DNA of 64,000 bases, taken from the NCBI GenBank assembly GCA_043228905.1, contig JBHGNT010000005.1, forward strand, positions 4,774,001-4,838,000. The letters run 5' to 3'. Below are positions 59,101 through 64,000 of the stretch, one piece after another. Under the pieces are notes generated by a model that was given only the letters and a program-made list of their open reading frames with translations, was not told the DNA's origin and ran no database searches. Position 1 is the stretch's first letter. Each line of letters begins with the position of its first letter. This DNA is from Azolla caroliniana. Taxonomy: Eukaryota; Plantae; Polypodiophyta. The position numbers and the translations under genes are program-made.

Positions 59101-59507
59101 GAAGTGAAGTGATGTCCGATCTTCTCTATTGGTCGAAGCATAGGCTCAGTTGCTGCTGCCTCCATCTTCTCTTCACTACCAATAGGTAATGGTACTGCAG
59201 CAGGTTTGACCTTTTTATCTATTGTTTTGTATTTTGTATTACATAAACTTTCTACTTCTTCATATTTACAATTATACCTATCAATCTCATAATACATATC
59301 AATTGAGTTTACATATATCTTTCTAACATTCTCATCATCTTCTTTCAAATACATTTCTAACTCTTCTAAAGTATTTGCAAAAGAAATTTCTTCCATAACA
59401 CTTTCAATCTGCTCTTCCATTTCAAGTACTCCATTATCCTTCAATGCCTGCTGAAACAGATTAGCATTCTTTTTCAAGTTCCTCTTGCATTCATACATCC
59501 TAGTCAC
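56166..59507 (-). CDS. G2 pol (RT-RH-IN), open
   Basis: 1113-aa ORF collinear with G1 pol (FLDDIPIKG, YNPEANGKIERGH, WFGPY). Confidence 0.93.
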   Translation of the reverse strand: MTRMYECKRNLKKNANLFQQALKDNGVLEMEEQIESVMEEISFANTLEELEMYLKEDDENVRKIYVNSIDMYYEIDRYNCKYEEVESLCNTKYKTIDKKVKPAAVPLPIGSEEKMEAAATEPMLRPIEKIGHHFTSETINNLRIGRGEFLLQSEIVTFKEMIFRHGKAFAFKAEEIGCVNPKVVTPMVIFTIPHIPWNFKPIAVPRARLPQLLELLKDKVKMKILEPSNAPYSNRWFTVPKKDGSLRFIQDLQPVNKVTIRNAGIGPIVDEFAEAFAGRAIYSMGDLYSGYDQFQLAIDSRNITTMKTPIGLVRMCTLPQGATNSVAHMMNAMNKVLHEYIPKVTMPFLDDIPIKGCLEREKDETMVGNGCRKFVMDHINDCESILNKLEQVHLTLSGTKSCFGQNEVLIVGHMCGWYGRKPSPIKINAIQNMKEVCDSVTEVRRFLGACVFYHIWLPHFAHVSDPLYQLLRKGKKFIWTDEHTQVVQQLKEALLKAPVLRQPDYKGERPIIVTVDTSPIGIGWVINQEDEDQHRYAIRFGAKILNERQRNYAQVKRELWGLLTALKTDRDYLVGADVVVETDCLPLIGMIASCTTPDIAMLRWIAYIRTMNPELRHIKGKDNPVVDMLSRARFINEKVMQTEDKNWATTSHQFAHQESITPHDEFNVSIMFKDVEYEGQWLEIGNFLKTQEANPSWSKKQLNEFRRRAFKFFLHEGNLWRRPKRPTENPLRVICKDDIKRKLINEFHDSLWAGHRGIWATFMKLKEKYWWPHMYKDVTKFVETCEVCQRYSTIRYRDELKPTYSSSMHYKWMVDLVTMPLGEGQMRYLVLAREDLTNQVEGRPLRQKTTRAVCKFLLEDVICRYGCVGKIIADRGELDSDEAREFFSRIGVKLSLTTAYNPEANGKIERGHSPIVKAIVKSCKGKIRDWPRMLPYALWADRTTHSLVTGYMPAELILGQKPIMPIEESIMSWISIPWREEVSREELLALRIQQLERRPEDIEIAAQRLKEARLKNKIRFDKSHRIRPEKIEEGDWVLVYDSSLDNQHSTVRKFAERWFGPYIVRKVYDNFTYKLSELDGTLILNVVAGKRIKVFKKRFELEPPPIDQHEDER

Positions 59508-59612
59508 ACATATAGCACCAGAGAAACATGAAATGACTTATTCATATGTTGTAATGCCCTATATGAGGGTCTTTTAATAATGGGACTATTGCAACCCTCA
59601 CTCGCAACAGTC

Positions 59613-61787
59613 CTAGTCAAAAACCTGATTATCAAAATCATCACAGTCTTTTGGTATTAAATGATCACGAAGCTCTTGCTTGTTCCTCTCATGATTTGGA
59701 CGAACTGTCATAAATTGTACAGTTCGTCGTCCATCTTGGCTACGGATTTTCGCATAGGCAGAACCATTGTTGAGGACTTTGGTCTCCATTCGTACCGCTG
59801 TAATGTATGGTTGCCCTAGGATTATTGGATAGGTAGATCCTTCCTGCACAAAGAAATGTTGATCTACCTCTATATCACCAATAGTAACCTTTACATTTGG
59901 GCATGCACCAAATAAATCTTCCGTGACTGATGTGGCAGCTTTTACTCGCCAACCATGTTGAGTATCAATTGGCCATCTACCTTTCCTGTAAAAATCAACA
60001 CTCATTATATTTATTTCAGAACCATGATCAATAAGTGCCATCACGGGGTCTGGAACATTTCCAATCTTCACATGATGCTCAGTAGTGGCTCTTGCCCAAC
60101 ATTTGCGAGAGTAATGGCTTCTTACATCTGTTGAATTTATCATTGAGGTTGATGCATGTTCAGAGTCAACAACGATATTGTTTGACTCGTTTCTCACCAC
60201 TTCATATGCCACCTTCGGATTTGTCTCTTTAACCTGCTCATTTACTTGCTTCTTTCTTCGCACAATATCAATTATTTCATCATGAAATTCCTTTTTTGCA
60301 ATACCTAACACTTCTCTTAGTGTAAATTCTACTCGACTGTCTAGTATTCTTGTTTCTAAAACTTTCTTTAAATCTGTATCCTTTTCAATATCAGACATTA
60401 ATTTGAATGAAGGACCAGATTTACCTTTTTCAACTTTTGCGTCCATCTCTTTTCTTTTGCTTTCTCTTGTTTCATGCTTTTTGGTTGAGCCAATCTCATC
60501 ATCCGATCTTTTCCTTTTTTCTTCCACTATCACCTCATGCTCTTGGTGTTCTGCCATCTGAGCATAGACCGTCATAGCATCTACTGGAACATCCCATCCA
60601 GTGTTTTTCCTTACAGAATCTCCGGCAACACGAAGGTCTTCCATCTTCATCTTTTGCTTTTGTGCGGTACTTACAACCTTCTCCCAGAATGATGACCGAG
60701 ATGGCATGTCATCGAGGCGCATTCCTGTCGTTGCCGAGTAGTACATTGCGGAAGCCTTCTTTGCTTCAGCTTCTTCAAATTTAACCTTAACACCACCATC
60801 ACCAAAGTTCTTTGTAAGTGGACTTCTAGTTTCAGTTAAATAAATGTTACCATTTTTCCAATAGACCAAGTCTTGATTTTCCATGTCTTTATATTCCGCA
60901 CAATCACGTAATCGATGTTCGAGACTATCACACCACATGCATCGAGGTCGAAATGGTTCCCTTGACCTCGAAGTCTGACCATTCTCAAGCTTTGCCACTT
61001 TAATTGTTAGATCTTTCATACTTTGAACTAAATCATCAAGCAAAGACTCACTCTTAGTTTCGATCATTTCTCGTGGTTGATGGACCATTTCGTGTGATGG
61101 TTCTCGAACAAGTCTTTGAACTTCGATGTTTTGCTCAAGACGATTTGTGATTCCCACATGTGGTATTTGTAGCATTGCACCATTCCTTTGCATTCTTTTC
61201 ATAAATTTATTACAAGCATTTGTTACCTCATTCCAATCTGCAGTTATAGCATCCTCAGTATTTGGTACTTCAAGCATGAATTCCAATTCTTTTCTATATC
61301 TCTTGTCAACTGCCTGCAAAAATAAAGCAACCTTTTGCCAAGACAAAGAATTTCTTTCTTCTGGCTTTAAGTGTCCATACATCCTATCAAACTCTTTTTT
61401 TGTGTCAGCCACAGATAAGCCTTTATCTTCTTTTAAGATCCATTCATGAAATGAACGCATAGTAACTCGAGAGAAATCCTCACGAGCATATTCAAACACA
61501 AGTGCTTCTTTAAATGCATTCCAATCCAAACTATGCATTGCTTGTATTTCATGAATTCTATCTCTTAATTCCATGTCCACTAATTTATAAAAGTTTGCTA
61601 TCATATTGACATCATTTATACCAAACATTTCCATTTCATCATAATATATATTCACATACTTCGAAATATTTGTGCCATCAAACATACCAATCTTCTCTCG
61701 GACTTCTCGTAAGGCATGAAATAATCGATCTTGATTCAACCTTTCAATAAACAACATTACCGGATCCATTGTACTCGTACTTGCCAT
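59613..61787 (-). CDS. G2 gag-protease, open
   Basis: 724 aa; CMWCDSLEHRLRDC, ALIDHGSEIN. Confidence 0.93.
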   Translation of the reverse strand: MASTSTMDPVMLFIERLNQDRLFHALREVREKIGMFDGTNISKYVNIYYDEMEMFGINDVNMIANFYKLVDMELRDRIHEIQAMHSLDWNAFKEALVFEYAREDFSRVTMRSFHEWILKEDKGLSVADTKKEFDRMYGHLKPEERNSLSWQKVALFLQAVDKRYRKELEFMLEVPNTEDAITADWNEVTNACNKFMKRMQRNGAMLQIPHVGITNRLEQNIEVQRLVREPSHEMVHQPREMIETKSESLLDDLVQSMKDLTIKVAKLENGQTSRSREPFRPRCMWCDSLEHRLRDCAEYKDMENQDLVYWKNGNIYLTETRSPLTKNFGDGGVKVKFEEAEAKKASAMYYSATTGMRLDDMPSRSSFWEKVVSTAQKQKMKMEDLRVAGDSVRKNTGWDVPVDAMTVYAQMAEHQEHEVIVEEKRKRSDDEIGSTKKHETRESKRKEMDAKVEKGKSGPSFKLMSDIEKDTDLKKVLETRILDSRVEFTLREVLGIAKKEFHDEIIDIVRRKKQVNEQVKETNPKVAYEVVRNESNNIVVDSEHASTSMINSTDVRSHYSRKCWARATTEHHVKIGNVPDPVMALIDHGSEINIMSVDFYRKGRWPIDTQHGWRVKAATSVTEDLFGACPNVKVTIGDIEVDQHFFVQEGSTYPIILGQPYITAVRMETKVLNNGSAYAKIRSQDGRRTVQFMTVRPNHERNKQELRDHLIPKDCDDFDNQVFD

Positions 61788-62720
61788 GTTGATGTTGATC
61801 TTTACTTTAGATGTCTCTTCTACTTCCCCGTTTCACGTCGGGTTCACCAGATTGTGTCCTGGCGTGGCTCGCCTAGAAGCGTAGCGTTGCGTAGACAAAG
61901 GATAACGTGAAAGTGAGGAAGGAATCACTGGGATTATGGACGGAAGAGACGAAAGAGTAGAGATAGATAAATAGTGATCAACAAGATATGACAAGATAGG
62001 ATATAGAATGATATTTGAAGCAATAAAAGAGATTTATAATTATTTGATAAAAGAGTTACAAAATGATTGTACACGTCGTTGAACCTCCGAACTTTGTCTT
62101 GCAAGGTGATCGCTCTTCTCTTTCTTGATCGTAGACCACTACAATCTTCACTTCAATATTTTGATGAAGATAAGGCTCGAACCACCTCCCTCTTGTTGAG
62201 AGTTGACCACCACGACCGCCAAGCTAGAGCTCCACCTTTATGTTAAACTTCTTCCCTTCTTTATCTATTTTTGTGGTATCTCTTATGTAATACATAATTT
62301 GATTGATATCTCATACATATCCCCCTTTGGTCTTCTCTTTCACCATTTAAATAGGTGCCCCCATGCATATGATGCATTGGAGGGTACAAGTCATGCATGT
62401 AGTGCATGAAATGCATGTGATGCATGATCGCCATTTGGCGTTCATGCATTACATGTGATGCATGATAAACATCTCGCTCATTTGAGCTTTTATGTATGAA
62501 ACAATATATGAAATAACAATAAACATAAAAATATAATCTTAAAGAGAAAGGGCCTAGCCTAATGGTAGGTGTGTTGACTTTGGTGTGAGGTTGTGGGTTC
62601 GAGTCTCAAAATGTTGTTGAATACAACATACAACTTTATTTTTATATCATGATGCAAATCCTTTATGTAATATAAAGTATGCTTTATTTTATGTATATTA
62701 CTAGTATAGAGTAAATGGTA

Positions 62721-62791
62721 AGATTTGAGAGTCATAGGGTGGGGTTATTGGTTCAAGTCCTCTCTTGTTCGTGTAATATAATATATTTATC

Positions 62792-62822
<31 letters not shown>

Positions 62823-63069
62823 TTTCTTTACATATATATCTAATATTATCATATGTGTTGTTAATATTATCTTTATATATAAAACATTATCAAATGTTAT
62901 TTTAGTTACGTATTTATCTTATTGTAGACTTTTAATGTGAAGCTTTCGTACTTCACGACACCGTGTCGACGGGTTGCTCTTCATGCGCTCCTTTGATGTA
63001 AGATTTGAGAGTCATAGGGTGGGGTTATTGGTTCAAGTCCTCTCTTGTTCGTGTAATATAATATATTTA

Positions 63070-63116
<47 letters not shown>

Positions 63117-63294
63117 TTTCTTTACATATATATCTAATATTATCATATGTGTTGTTAATATTATCTTTATATATAAAACATTATCAAATGTTATTTTAGT
63201 TACGTATTTATCTTATTGTAGACTTTTAATGTGAAGCTTTCGTACTTCACGACACCGTGTCGACGGGTTGCTCTTCATGCGCTCCTTTGATGTA
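62721..63294. repeat. Tandem duplication (~280 and ~294 bp) spanning the G2 LTR end and 40 bp of C4 gag
   Basis: 62721-63000 repeats at 63001-63294; GTA microhomology; (TA)n lengths differ. Confidence 0.9.
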
Positions 63295-63393
63295 GCTCCA
63301 ATAGCCTTGTCTGACAAGGTATTGTTGCATCTTGTACTCCCAAGATGCGAATTTGTTTCGATCCAACTTCTCGGTAGGGAGAGTGCTCCCCAT
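63255..63393 (-). pseudogene. C4 gag N-terminus
   Basis: MGSTLPTEKLDRNKFASWEYKMQQYLVRQGYWSYIKG, in frame with the segment from 55019 downward. Confidence 0.88.
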
Positions 63394-63668
63394 TTGAGTA
63401 TTCATTATGTCAATTCTTCTTCTTCTTCTTCTCTCTTTGAATGCGAGCTATGTAGCGAAGCTACATTAGCGATTAGCCGGTTCTTGGTCGTCAGCGTGGA
63501 GCACAACACATGATCACGATGAGGCGAATGAGCTAGATCGAACTACCAAATCGCTCGGATACCATGTAAAGAATCAAGAGATGGATTCTTGTGAAGCGGA
63601 ATAGCTGTGAACTATGTGTGTGTGTGTGTGTGTGTATGAGATAGAGAGAGACACACACACACACACAA

Positions 63669-63824
63669 AGTATACGCAAGGCTAAGTATATTAACAAAGG
63701 AGAAAGACACGACGTTATACAAGGTGGGAGGAGGGTGTCAGGAATAGTACTAAACTAGAGATGGAATTAGTACTAAAGAAGAGCAGTACTATTAGTACTA
63801 AGAGGACGGGACTGCGTAAGACTC

Positions 63825-63876
<52 letters not shown>

Positions 63877-64000
63877 AAAAGAAAGATAGCGAGGATGAGA
63901 GAGACAGAGAGATGATGATAACAGCCAATATATTATGTGAAGGATAAGTACAAAATGGCTAAGAGGCTTAAGACTGGCATTGAACCAATTTGGTTCAACA
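63669..64000. mobile_element. Probable further insertion into the C4 5' LTR, running off the window
   Basis: Similarity to the 27795-28046 LTR stops after the (CA)n run; unrelated sequence with (GA)n follows. Confidence 0.5.

Larger units (their letters stand above)
55024..62960 (-). mobile_element. Full-length Ty3/gypsy element G2 (same lineage as G1, AT-rich), 4-bp TSD ACGG/ATGG on element strand
   Basis: LTRs 55024-56125 and 61855-62960; PBS-Trp 61832-61849; PPT ~56126-56137; CCAT 55020-55023 and CCGT 62961-62964. Confidence 0.97.
27795..63668 (-). mobile_element. Host Ty1/copia element C4, split by gypsy elements G1, G3 and G2
   Basis: 3' LTR 27795-28046 with adjacent PPT; 5' LTR from 63565 (TGTAAAGAATCAAGAG) with PBS TGGTATCCGAGC 63553-63564; coding pieces rejoin in frame at each junction. 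Confidence 0.93.

Overview
Eukaryotic (plant-type) heterochromatin-like window made almost entirely of nested retroelements, probably from a non-seed plant such as a fern or lycophyte (inference). From left to right: (1) a decayed Tnt1/Tork-like copia (1-6868) holding two solo LTRs and inserted into an L1 LINE 3' fragment; (2) two tandem, intronless, damaged HSPA12-type Hsp70 genes; (3) a decayed, truncated copia with a solo LTR; (4) an intact copia with identical-looking LTRs (20954-26281, minus); (5) a solo LTR spanning a 100-N gap; (6) a minus-strand copia (27795-~63668) split by three full-length gypsy elements, one of which itself holds another copia. Main observation: five independent insertions of one gypsy lineage (LTRs starting TGTCGTGAAG, tRNA-Trp PBS) all have 4-bp target duplications reading ACGG or ACGT, i.e. 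apparent CpG-centred, sequence-specific integration. The two full-length members also share a covarying -1 frameshift pseudoknot and a covarying hairpin before the PPT, and one carries two tRNA-like Pol III A/B-box modules in its LTRs. All coordinates were read by eye and may be off by a few bases.
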